Shown here piece after piece: positions 24,121 through 35,700 of a stretch of 64,000 nucleotides of DNA (the first letter of the stretch is position 1; the number at the start of each line of letters is the position of its first letter). Below the pieces are notes generated by a model that made no database searches, was not told the DNA's origin, and saw nothing but the letters and a program-made list of their open reading frames with translations. The DNA is from Pocillopora damicornis. Taxonomy: Eukaryota. Both the position numbers and the translations under genes were made by a program. Where the stretch lies: the NCBI RefSeq assembly GCF_003704095.1, contig NW_020846784.1, positions 1 to 64,000 on the forward strand, read 5' to 3'.

Positions 24121-27100
24121 ATGGTGGACGAGGCAACAAAGAAAACAGTAGCATCTATTCCTACCTTGAAAACCAAAGCTGGTCCTCGTGATGGCGATCC
24201 ATGGGTTCAGAGGTTAAAAGAGGAATATATGAGCTTAATTAAGGTATATTATGTTGAATCGTGACCTCAATTGTAGCCAATGGAATACTGGACCTTCTAA
24301 GAAGAGTCATGGGTGACGGCTCTACAGATGTGAAATCGGAAGCCTTTGTTACTCTTGTCCACCCGCCGTCAGAATATGCCCGTTCTGCATAGAACTTTTA
24401 TACTAAACGTAATACTAACACGATTGAAATGGTTCAACATAGGGCAGCTAGATTTGTCTAACATGGTTATTCTAGATTAAGTCATGTTTCCCCTATGATT
24501 AATCAACTCGGGGGNNNNNNNNNNCCATGTTCTACAAGATCTTGCAAGATCTAAGGGGCATCCCACTTCCTCCTTGGGTTTTTAATCTAGACAGGGCATC
24601 TCGGCTCCCAAATTGTACCCGTGTATAAAGTAATGTATCCATGCAACTGTAATGTCTACAAATTTTCTTTTTATCCAAGGTCTACTTTAGTGTGAAACCA
24701 ACTATTCCTATTTACTTTAGAGTATCTCTGTTTTTAGATCAGAAATTTTGCCCACCATTAGATATTTGGCATAATGTTACTTAAAGTATGTGCTCTTTAT
24801 TTCCTTGGTTATTTCTATTTTTTCATTCATCATTTACTTATATATTTACTTTTTGTTACTCAATCATTTACTATTTAAGGTTTTGCTAACCAGATGGTTA
24901 ATTTAATTATGTACATGTAAACTAGTTTTTTATTTAAATTTAGAATTAACATAAGAATTTCGTCCTATTACAAATTAGGTTAGATTGTTCTTAAATTCAA
25001 TTGGATTTTATTATCGTAAATATAGATTTTAGATTAAACTTATACCTCCTACTTTAGTTTTTACTGTTTTAGGAGCACCTCTATTAAAGATAAAATATTA
25101 AAATTATTTGTAGCAAGTTTGAAAAAAATTGTCTGGGAAAAACTCAAACTGAAAATATTTTTCATTCTATGTTCACATACATGTAATTCTGAGAAAAAAG
25201 GCAGAAGTAAACTTTAATTATCATTTTATTTTTTGTCATTGTTTCAGTATGTAAGTAACAACAAAGAAGCAGACAATGACTGGTTCAGGCTGGAATCAAA
25301 TAAAGAGGGGACAAGGTATTTGTTTGTGGTTTGGTGGTCATAATCATTTTTCTGTTGATTAAATTTGATTTTTCCCATGTACCCACAACTGCATATTTTT
25401 GTTAGTTTTTTTGGAAAAATCATGGTTTGTAATTTGTACAGCCTTTTTAGTTTCTTTCAGTCAAAGAGCTCATGACTTGACTTTGATTTATGTTCACTTG
25501 ATAGATGGTTTGGTAAATGCTGGTATGTCCACAACCTTTTGAAGTATGAATTTGACATAGAATTTGATGTAAGTTAAAGCCAATAAATTATAGCTCCAGT
25601 TCTTTCTTCATCGAAAAAGCATCTCCACTGCTAATTAACCCCTCCTATTGAGATAATGATACAACATACTCTAATGCTTTTTCTTTAACAAAAATGAATG
25701 AATTTCTGCTATTCTGCCACGCACTCTTATTCCTCCCCTTCATCCAAAACTGGCATAATTATAAAACTTGGAGATATTGCTGCTAAAATCACCTCCTCGC
25801 TGAGGAAGGAGACATGAGGCCCCTCATTTAGTGGGTCCATCTGATTGGAAAGTTTCATGTGATTCAAGTATATTCCTTGCCTGAATTTGACCAACACATT
25901 TCTTGATAAGGTTTGCCTTTGAAAGCTGGTAGGTGTTCAGGCCATTTTTTGCTGACTAAACTGTGCTTCAGAAATTTTGTAATTTTGATATTTTTCATCT
26001 GAAGAAACCTTTTATTTTTTAAATCTGAGGCTTATTTTAGTCATTCTCTTATCATAGTTTTCTGATTTTATAGAACAAGGAAAAAGCTATGACTCTGTAC
26101 ATGAAGTACCATGCAAAAACTATCAGCTGTTGTTAACAGCAAACCTGAAAGATAGAATATAATTAATTTGAGCTGATTTTAAAATCAATATGATATGAAT
26201 AAAAATTTCAGGCATTTATGTGCCAGAACACTGGAAATCACATCTCAGAGAGTTTCAAATTTCAATTTTTTTGTGAGGGAGCATGCTCTCAGACCTCCCA
26301 AGGAGGACTTGGTACTGTATATGCAGGCATAGTTCAGTTCAGATCCAACACCTTTTACATTTTCTAATTTCTAACAACAGCCTTGTTGATGACTTTTAAT
26401 CGTGTGATAAAGCCTGTTTGATACATTATGATATTGCTGGTTCCTTTACCAGATACCAATCACTTATCCTACAACTGCACCAGAGATTGCTCTTCCTGAA
26501 CTTGATGGCAAAACTGCTAAAATGTACAGGTAAAATGTTGATTTTCTCATTTCTATACTTCCTAAAGATAAGTTAAACCACTCTTATCTCAACACTTGTC
26601 TATACATAATGAATTTTATGTTACAGGGGAGGAAAAATTTGTATGACAGATCACTTTAAACCTCTCTGGGGAAGAAATGTTCCTAAATTTGGAATAGCAC
26701 ATGCCATGGCTCTTGGGGTATGTACCTTAGACTAAAGCAAAGGCATCCAATTATATACATAAAGGTTTAGCATTAAAACCAACCTCTTACTACCCCAGCA
26801 GCTTAATTATGGTGTTTCACCATGTAGCCTTCTTCAGGTAAAACTTATGGTAGTACTGGAAACTAAAGAAGTTAAAACTGTAGTGCAGTTTTTAATTTCA
26901 GAATTTTACTTTTATTCCTCCTGAAGAAAGCTAGGGGCTGAAACCTGGTAATTCATCAGCTGGAATTATTGTTAGAAGTTTTTTTCTATGCTACATGTTT
27001 ATACACTCACCAATTAATCCACATAGAGACACTGTATCTAGTCTAGATCCTTCTACTAGGAGTCATTTGTTTGGTCCACCATCATTATACTTCCTATACA

Positions 27101-27866
27101 TACCTGTTCTCTAAAATGTTGTGAATCCAGAAGTATAAATGATAGATATATGCATTTTGTTTTTTCATGAAAAGGTGATGCAGTAGGCACATGCATTTCT
27201 TTCTCAGATAACAACATCACTTAAGCCTCTAAAAGTAACAAACCAGTGTGAACTTCAGACATGGCTTGATGCTACTCTGGTTTACAGATTTAATGAAAGT
27301 AACCAAAGAAGTTACAATTCATAGACCCAACGTTTCAACTCTCCTGTCTAGTGCCTTCATCAGGGGTGACCTAAACGCTGCAACAAGAGGTCCTTTTATA
27401 TGATCACTAATTATGTATTAGCGTATTTCCAGTACTACCATAAGTTTTACCTGAAGAAGGCAACATGGTGAAACATCATAATTAAGCTGGTGGGGTAGTA
27501 AGAGGTTGGTTTTAATTAGTGTGAACTTTATACAAACAATCTACAAAACTGCACAAAAAACTAAATTTTAAATCAGCTATTGTTATTTCCTTTGGTCAAA
27601 GTTCCCCTATAATTTTTTCTCTCAACACCTTCTTCTATAGACTGCAGGTATATATTAATATATCACATTTATTTTCAAATTCCAACATTTTTAGAGCAAG
27701 TGTTTGCAGAGGATTGATGCTGTGTTTTTAGGCCAACAAGCAAGACTGCTTGTATAACTTTACTTGTTTTTTATTTTTCCAGCTTGGACCATGGCTTGCT
27801 GTAGAAATCCCAGATCTGATAGAGAAAGGATTGATTGAATACAAAGAAAAGTCTGCTAGTAAATAG
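24121..27866 (+). CDS. UFC1: Ubiquitin-fold modifier-conjugating enzyme 1 (UFM1 E2), 168 aa
   Basis: Exons 24121-24243, 25248-25315, 25505-25568, 26453-26529, 26627-26717, 27783-27866. MVDEATKKT...[40 protein letters not shown] (catalytic Cys), [12 protein letters not shown]. Confidence 0.97.
24278..24710 (+). mobile_element. Decayed 3' end of a CR1/L2-group LINE in UFC1 intron 1
   Basis: Interrupted translation [10 protein letters not shown]...[13 protein letters not shown]...[12 protein letters not shown]...YKFSFYPR resembles the post-RT region of CR1-group ORF2; contains stops and a small gap. Confidence 0.7.
26772..27516. mobile_element. Penelope-like remnant: 91-bp inverted repeat pair with hammerhead-like cores, UFC1 intron 5
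   Basis: 26772-26862 is the near-perfect reverse complement of 27426-27516. CTGANGA...GAAAC cores at 26814-26837(-), 26921-26944(+), 27325-27367(-), 27451-27474(+). Confidence 0.65.
27325..27367 (-). ncRNA. Minimal type I hammerhead ribozyme-like motif (possibly decayed)
   Basis: Minus strand ACCC-CTGATGA-AGGC..GTT-GAAA-CGT-T-GGGT: 4-bp stem I, intact core, palindromic minimal stem III, weak stem II. Confidence 0.5.
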
Positions 27867-28782
27867 ACAGAAAATAAAAATAGTAAGGGAACCAAATAAA
27901 TGCTATAACTTCAGGGAGTTTTATTTTTAATGTGAACGATGTTACTGAATGTTTCCAGCTTTCTTTTTACTTTCCTCCAACACATCATCGCATTGCTTAC
28001 GTTGTGGAAAGTTTTTGTAAATGCCCATCCCGCTTTCCCTTCGCCCTTACTTATTCTGGAACTAAACTTGTTTTATTACGCTAAGCGCCAGTGTCCTAAC
28101 GATCAGCAAGACTCGTTACCAGTTCTCTTGACAAGGGTTTGAGAAGGACGTATGGTATTTAAGGATTTTCTGTTTTGTTTTACCCGGCATACCTTCAAAC
28201 CCTCACCATGACGTTATCTTTCCCCAGTCTTTTATTGACTTTGAATACCAACCAACGATAAACTGTTGAATTCCCTATTCTGTTTTTCATAATTTTAGCC
28301 GAGACAGAAAACGGACTTTATTACATGTAATTTCGCGCAATTTTATGCCAGTCGAGTGGAATTAATTTTAGTCTCGGAAGTAAAGCTCTTCGGGTCATTC
28401 GAGCGCGTGCAGCCTGTATAGGAGAACATGCAGACAATCAATGCAAACCCGTAGTGTTCATTTCTTCGGTTGATAAACGTTCAAAGCGCAAATTTTGGAA
28501 CGTTTAATAGTCATAAACACACTGAAACTTGCGAAATTTCTACCGACCTCATTAGCAAGCATAGCATATCCGTTTATAACTACAGTGTGTTTTGTTCAGT
28601 CCTTATGTCAATTAACTTTCATTCACTCTGACATCTAAGTAAAACGTTCACTAACTCAGTTTGTACAAGCATGTTGTTCTGTCAGGAAAAGCAAACAAAA
28701 CATGAGAACAGAAGGAAAGAGCATTGAAAATCATGCGACTTTTGGAAAAGATAGAAAGAAATTCCAGTGTAAAAATAATTTT

Positions 28783-28867
28783 CGCTCGACTCGTCAGCTT
28801 TCAAACTCTTTACGGTGGCCAATTTCCGTTATCAACTCAATCGATAATACCAAATTACCCTGTTATA

Positions 28868-28898
<31 letters not shown>

Positions 28899-28920
28899 CA
28901 GAAACTTATCCCCTTTATTA
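28783..28920 (+). repeat. Interspersed repeat (short retro-element-like family)
   Basis: Second copy within the window at about 18385-18535. Confidence 0.6.
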
Positions 28921-31177
28921 AGAAATCTTTGGCTGTAAGGGATTAAGTGGGGCATTTAGAAGGCTTAGCTTTCAAAAAATTTTTGACCTGAACTAAAAAT
29001 GTATTTCGTAATCTTTAATTCTGTAGCAAATCTTCCAAAGTCTTTCTGATTTTGTTTTTGTCTTGATATTTCAGATGAGTCCCAAGTTAAAACGAAACGA
29101 AATAAAAAAAAAGAGGTACGGCATGAATCTTCTTAGAATATAAACACTGTCTTAGGATGTTCCCGTTGGTTGTCTTTGTGTTTTTGTTGAGCCGGCCCTT
29201 GAAACAGAGAAATACATTGCTGGTTACCCTATGAACTTTTGCTTATCAGTGCACTTGGCTTTCACGAGGTTTAGTAAGTGTTAAAATATTCCCTAAACCC
29301 TGTATAAGTCCTCTTGTCCATTGTGCTATCTTTTAAGTGTCTTGAGTACTAAATTTTCCCATTTTGTTAACACGGAACCCTTAACCTGGGAATTCAACTT
29401 GTTTTTAACAGCTAGGCAATGGTCGTACTCTTTGACCTGAGCGTGCATTGAATGACTTCGTTAGAATGATCTGTCCGCTTCATGTGGAAGTAAATAAATA
29501 TTACATAAAAGTGCACTTTAACCCGTTTTAAGAGAGATAAAATTATTTCATGTTACACAGAAACTTCGGTTTAGAAAGGTAAATTCAATAGAAACATGAC
29601 ACACGTAAGTTTGTTTCAAAAAATGAAATGTTAATTGGTAAATCTTTTCATGTAGGGATTACAGGGTCAGTGTCAAACGAAATGTGCTCACGAAAACTCA
29701 CTTGAATACCTTTTCTAAAAGCTTTCATATTCTTTAATCTAGGTAATAGCCAAAAAATACCTTCTGATTAGCGAAATGTTAATTATTCGGCAAGTTGCAA
29801 CATTAACTTTTCGCCTAGGGTCTATATATACATATTGATTTGTAAGAACAAATTCTGTTCACTAGGAAGGTACGTGATATTTCTTTAACTCTCTTTAGAT
29901 CAAAGCACTGAGAGTTTGCGGCATTTAATGAAGTGCTTTTCTGTTTTAAATATTAATAAAGAAAGGATGATGTTTTCAAGTGGTTCGCATCCGACACGAA
30001 ACATCAAAATAGTTGGCTCTTGTGTACAATTATCACGGCCAGATCTGTATTTGTACGTATATATCAATTTTCTGATAATCTTCTTATTTTCCCCGTAAGC
30101 TTTTGAATAGTTCTTGTGTGTTTCTGGATGTACCTGGCAGGTGGACATTGAAATATTTTGACAACTGACATTTTGCTGCTCAATTCAAGGAAACATTTAA
30201 AGATCTTTTCTTTTGGTTGAATTGAGCACTAAACGTGACCCTAACACAGAGCATACTGTTCATTCATGATTGGAAAGGCGGGAAAGGGGAGAGACAAAAT
30301 TGAAAACTTCATACAACTGGATCTCGTAACGACGCGTGACTTAAATTGCGAACGATTGGATTCTAGCTGACCGGATTTGGTAATTTTCAAAGTGAAGACC
30401 GCCGGCATCGATAAGGAAAATAGAACAACCCAGAGAATTATCAGCGGGTTTGCCGGCAAGAGATAACTTATTTCGTGCAGTAAGAACGAAAAACCATTTT
30501 TGAAGTGTTGAATGATAAGATTTGTGCGCTGCCGTCAGATATAATAGATTAAAAGTCATTGCGGTGGACAAGGTAGGCTGTGAGGATTTAACTTTAATCG
30601 CAAGAACTCGTTGGCAGCGTATTTCACACTCGTCTTCATAAGTCAAGTCCGACAAAGTAATTACATAACAGGAACGTGGTCACAGTACAAAGGAACTGCT
30701 CCAGGTTTCCATTTATTTGTTACTTGAAATTGCACTGCTTTTACCCTGTTCTTTACAAAATTACTCTCTCGAGTTAGTAGGCATCTGATTTTGTGTTTAT
30801 TTGCATCAGACAAATTCAAAACTACTAAAAACTTTGAGCTTTGACTACGACAGGCGGACAACAGCTAGTGTGGACAGCGTATATTGGCCCAGATCCGCCT
30901 CTCTGTGCACGAAAGGAAACAAGTCAGAAGAACCTTTTAGCGGCAAGTCTACTCGTCGTTTAAAATTGTTTGCACAGCTGAGGCATAATAGATAACATCA
31001 ATAACGAAATTCGACTGAACGGTACATAAGAGAGCTTCTCTGCGAGAGATTTCGAGGTTCTTTAAAGCTACAGAAAGGGGCCGACGAGCTGGCTTAAGTA
31101 ATAATTCCTCATTCTAGAGGCATGGCAATATCCTAAACACTCCTTGAACAGAAGCTCAACAGCAAGAGGAACAGAAG

Positions 31178-32398
31178 ATGCAAGGAGCTAACAACTCAGC
31201 TGTAATCCTCGATCCAAAATCGGAATCGTCTGGAGCCGAACCCGAAAACATCACGCTCGCATCAATACCGTTGGCTTTCCTAATTGTCTTTACAATTTTT
31301 GGAAACATTCTGGTTTGTGCCGCGTTTTATCATTGCCGAGATCTTCGCAATGTAACAAATTACTTCGTTGTTTCACTGGCTGTTGCTGACCTGTTAGTAG
31401 GGTTCGTGTGTATGCCATTCTGGTTCGTTTACCTCATCAAACAATGGCCAGACCCTCTTAAGGACAAAGAACTGTACACGTTATGGATTTGTTTGGACAT
31501 TGTGAGCGGGACATCTTCAATTATGAACTTAGTGGCTATCAGCGTGGATCGCTTCTTCGCCATAACATCTCCATTCACCTACCATTCGAAACTGACTAAG
31601 AACCGCGCTCGTTTGTGCATTGTGTTTCTGTGGGCCTACTCCATCACTGTAGCCAGTTTACGGCTCATTTCAACGCATGGCAAATGGTATGCATATTTTG
31701 TTGCTTCTGCGAGTTATTTTCTACCACTGCCAGTTCTTCTCTTTTCCTATGCTCGAATTTTTCGTGTGGCTCATCAACAAGCCTTAAAAATGCAAATAGA
31801 AACCTATGGCCAAGAAATGTCAGATGTTGAACATAAGAACGGGGAATCCGCTGACTCAGAGACTTTTGTGAAGCCTCGCGCCTCTTACAGCATGGGGCGG
31901 AATTCTTCCACTGCAAGTCGCCTCCTTTTCCATAAAGTGCGCCCGCGCCTAACTAGTCAGAGCTCCGTGCGCCAAATGCGTCGTGTATATCACACTGATC
32001 TGAAAGCCGCTAAGACGCTAGCGATTGTAATGGGCGCCTTTCTCGCTTGCTGGTCACCGTATATCATCACTTTATTGATAACGGTTTCCTGTGGGAGGTG
32101 CATGTCTCAGGACACGACCTTACGACTCGCTAAAGCTATGAAGTGGCTGCATTACTCTAATTCAGCGGTAAACCCGATCATCTACACGCTCCTCAATCGG
32201 CACTTCCGAGCGGCTTTCCGTAGGATTCTTTGTCGGTTCGTGTCCGATCAAAGTTTCTCGTATGTCAGTCGATGGCTATCGCACAGCACGCCGAGAACCA
32301 GCCGAAGTAGTGGAAATATTGCCGTTGATTTAGTTAAAGCCAATTCTAAGACTGAGATGGACGCTCTCGTTTGCACTGAAATCGTGACCGTTGTTTAG
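31178..32398 (+). CDS. Class A (rhodopsin-like) GPCR, aminergic-like, 406 aa
   Basis: 7 TM; GN, SLAVADL, D3.32 (WICLDIV), DRF, KAAKTL, CWSP, NPIIY, helix 8 FRAAF. Confidence 0.95.
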   Translation: MQGANNSAVILDPKSESSGAEPENITLASIPLAFLIVFTIFGNILVCAAFYHCRDLRNVTNYFVVSLAVADLLVGFVCMPFWFVYLIKQWPDPLKDKELYTLWICLDIVSGTSSIMNLVAISVDRFFAITSPFTYHSKLTKNRARLCIVFLWAYSITVASLRLISTHGKWYAYFVASASYFLPLPVLLFSYARIFRVAHQQALKMQIETYGQEMSDVEHKNGESADSETFVKPRASYSMGRNSSTASRLLFHKVRPRLTSQSSVRQMRRVYHTDLKAAKTLAIVMGAFLACWSPYIITLLITVSCGRCMSQDTTLRLAKAMKWLHYSNSAVNPIIYTLLNRHFRAAFRRILCRFVSDQSFSYVSRWLSHSTPRTSRSSGNIAVDLVKANSKTEMDALVCTEIVTVV

Positions 32399-34190
32399 AG
32401 TTACTGAAGAAGACAAGAGAAAATTATCAACTACTGGTTATTACAATTTACGACTAAATCATCAAAGCCAACGCTAAAGAATGAAGGACAGGTGACAATG
32501 ATTTACATTCTATGCTCAGCATCAAAAACTCGATTCTATTGAGAAAAAAGTGGATTACCGCTGAAAACCGTGACAAAACTTGGTTGGCTTTACAGTCAAG
32601 TTTAAGTTTAAAACTTACAGCTACGGATTGTGACCTGAAGTTGCCACACACTAACGTGTTTTTCCTGATTGTGACTTAAACTTGCCACACATTAAACGTG
32701 CTTTCTCTGACTTTCCGGCCGCAACGTAAAGCCAGTTTCTTACTTGAGTCTCGATTAGTGTGTTAAGAAACTCCGTAAACAATCGTGTCTTTTCCTTTCG
32801 CCCGGAAATTTATGTTCCATAGGTGCAACGACAGTAAATCATAAGAATAGCAAGAGTGGAAAAGAGCTGTATCGAGGTGGATAATTCTGACAGAAAATCA
32901 CAAAGACCAAGTATACTCACGTCTACTTACTCGTGTGTTTAAGTGAAAATGTGTCGATTCAAGCAGAAGCAAGATTGAGCGTGGGAATTACCAAAATCTG
33001 AGAGACGACATGGCCATTCAAATGAACTTGTAGATAAACTGAATCACGTCCTCCGCTCAAAGACATTTTCAAATAAAAGTAATACGCAGTAATTTTTAGA
33101 TTTAAAATCAGTTTCTTTGTTCAAGATTACCATCATTTGAAGGCAAATGAAAGTTCCACACAAAGTTGAAATAATTTTGGGAAGACAATGAACACCTCTT
33201 TTTATCGTGGCGCTCAATTAGAAACATCATGGATACTATAAGTCTGCGTACACGCCTATATCGAAGATTAGCTCTGTTGCTGTTCTCTTAACGGTGCTAG
33301 ATCTTAATTAACTGTTTAATAATTCTTTCTCTCCAAGACATGCAACTTACATTAGTTCGTCCTTAACGGTATTATTATCGCGGAATAAAAGAAAATTTGT
33401 GACCCGAATAAGTTTTGACAGAAGTTACAGAAACCAAAGGAAACTCTGTTGAATGAGTTCTTCATTCTAAAAAAGTCAGGGTAAATTTCCAAGTTCCTCG
33501 TTTGTAGCCTGTGTCAATCTTGTTCATCCATAAACTTGCTATTAATTTTTTATTCACTCAAACGTCTATGGTGTTTTTATCACCCAGACATTAATTATTT
33601 TAAGGCTGTAATCCATTTAGAAGCTATTAATCCTGACGCTGAAATGGTTTCAAAATACTATGGTAACTCAATTAAATTAATCATTTTACGCTGAAATGTT
33701 GTCTAAATACTCTAGATTACTTTATTAAAACCTTTCGCTACCAGGAGTGATTTATCCTTACAAAATCAATGCATCATCAACAAGAGTGGTGATGAAAAGG
33801 AAGAATACATCAACAAGTGGATATTGTTTGATGTAAATCTAGATTCTCAGACCTGCATTAGCTTAAGAGTTAGGGTTTATAGAGTAATATTAACGTTTAA
33901 ATTTTTTTCGCATATTTTGTATGACGGCGGCTTGACCTACGTTTTCCTTTTGAAATTTTGCGCGAGAAAATGGCGCGCTTCCGGCCAGACAAAATCGATC
34001 CCCGTGCGCATGCCTGACACTTGACGCTGTGTTAATGTAGTAAAGGAAGGGTGAATGTTTCTGTCGTCCTCTTCGCTATCTTCTTTGCTGTCTATGAAAC
34101 ACGCTCATCACTAGAAGTTTTCTGTTTTATCGCACATTCAGTGAATATGTTATCGGGAGCCTTCGCTACTCTGCAGGCCAGTAAACTTCA

Positions 34191-35213
34191 TCAGTTAACG
34201 CCATGAAGCTGTTCACTTGGTAAAGAAAGCCTGTAATGCATATCTTGTCCGCTGTTGGTAGTAGTTGTCACATTCCTTTTGGTAAAGCTATCAGTCTGCA
34301 TCATTCTTCTATTCAGACTGATTCTCCTTAACACATCTTTGAAGGCCGCCCTGAAGTTTGCGTTCAAACAGCTGTATATAAGCGGGTTTAGAGCCGAATT
34401 ACCGTAGTGTAACCACTTAATCATGGAATAAACTTCATTGGGAACTTCGCATAACTTACAGTACCTGGAGATCAAATTAGCCACGAAAAACGGACACCAG
34501 CATACAATAAAAACACCAATTACAATGCTGAGTGTTCGCGCAGCCTTGATGTCACGATGGAATGTTTCCGCTGTTGGCCGTCGAAGTATCGATTGGTTCG
34601 GGTGCACACGACGAATGCTACGAATGTGTATTAAGGCGACTTGGAATATACGAGAATAAGCGAGTACCATGCCCAACAGAGGAACGAAGAAAGAAGCCAG
34701 AGAAACGAATAACGGGTAGCTAGGCCATTTGATTGGTTGTATAGCTGCAATTGTTACAGAATAAATCCATATGAAAGTTATTCCGATTGTGATTCGGAGT
34801 CGTGTGACTATGGTTGGATAACGAAGAGGATGATTGACAGCTAGAAAGCGGTCGATACTTATAAAGACAAGGTTCATGATAGATGCCGTTCCGCAGATGA
34901 TGTCAAAACACAGCCAAACCGTGTAGAATGTAGGGAACTTTACGGCGTCTGGTTTGCCAGTCAGGTTAACAGAAAGCCAAACGGGCATAGATATAGCGCC
35001 AACTAAAATATCAGTGACCGCCAAACTGATTATGAAGGCACTAGTGAAACTTTGAAGCCGTTTAGACAAGATACAAGCCAGACAAACAAGAATGTTACCA
35101 AATACGGCGAAAATTATTATTATAACCAAGAACACATTCGCCACAATCAAGGAAACTTTGCGATGGTCAGTAGTAACTTCATGGCTTGAGTTTGAAGCTT
35201 GTGTTTCATTCAT
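34191..35213 (-). CDS. Class A GPCR, aminergic-like, 340 aa from MNETQ
   Basis: GN, SLAVTDI, D3.32 (WLCFDII), DRF, KAARTL, CWCP, NPLIY. First ATG at 35213. Probable 5'UTR intron 35266-36616 (GTAAGT donor; CTAAT branch and CAG acceptor). Confidence 0.95.
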   Translation of the reverse strand: MNETQASNSSHEVTTDHRKVSLIVANVFLVIIIIFAVFGNILVCLACILSKRLQSFTSAFIISLAVTDILVGAISMPVWLSVNLTGKPDAVKFPTFYTVWLCFDIICGTASIMNLVFISIDRFLAVNHPLRYPTIVTRLRITIGITFIWIYSVTIAAIQPIKWPSYPLFVSLASFFVPLLGMVLAYSRIFQVALIHIRSIRRVHPNQSILRRPTAETFHRDIKAARTLSIVIGVFIVCWCPFFVANLISRYCKLCEVPNEVYSMIKWLHYGNSALNPLIYSCLNANFRAAFKDVLRRISLNRRMMQTDSFTKRNVTTTTNSGQDMHYRLSLPSEQLHGVN

Positions 35214-35329
35214 GGCCTGATATCGCAGTTTGAATTGCAAGAAAACACTTTTTACGAGCTGTTCCCTGTAATGTGGATAGTTGAATGATTAGAATATACG
35301 TAGGTGCATGTTATATTGTCAATTAACAT

Positions 35330-35700
35330 ATAGCTGGCAGTACCGTAAGCAATATGAGGCGAATCCTGTTTTCTGATTGGCTACCCGAGCGTGCAAGATG
35401 GGCTTATTTAGCCTTCTCGAGATTGTCCTCTTTAATCCCACGCAAGAAAAAGAAAGGCGTGGAGCAGATTTGCAAAGTTCTTAGTTTTTGGACAATAACG
35501 GCAATGGAGACGTAAAGAAAAGGCAGAAGATAACCAAAACAAAGAAAAAATAAACAATTTTCGAGAGTTTATTATAGTTTAAAATAGACAAGTCATTTTC
35601 GATTCTTATGAAGTGAAATCTTCGTCTCGGTCCATAAAAACATAAAAAAAGAACTCGTCCAATATCCAGCCATCTTGACCTCACACTTGGACTTAACAGC
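35330..35700. repeat. Interspersed non-autonomous repeat in the GPCR 5'UTR intron
   Basis: Recognised from memory as an anthozoan repeat (ctgattggctacccgagcg.gcaagatgg ... ccaatatccagccatcttgacctcac); single copy in this window. Confidence 0.45.

Noticed and set aside
35214-35240. N-terminal extension of the second GPCR in the ORF track
   Set aside because: Starts at TTG; the first ATG is at 35213.
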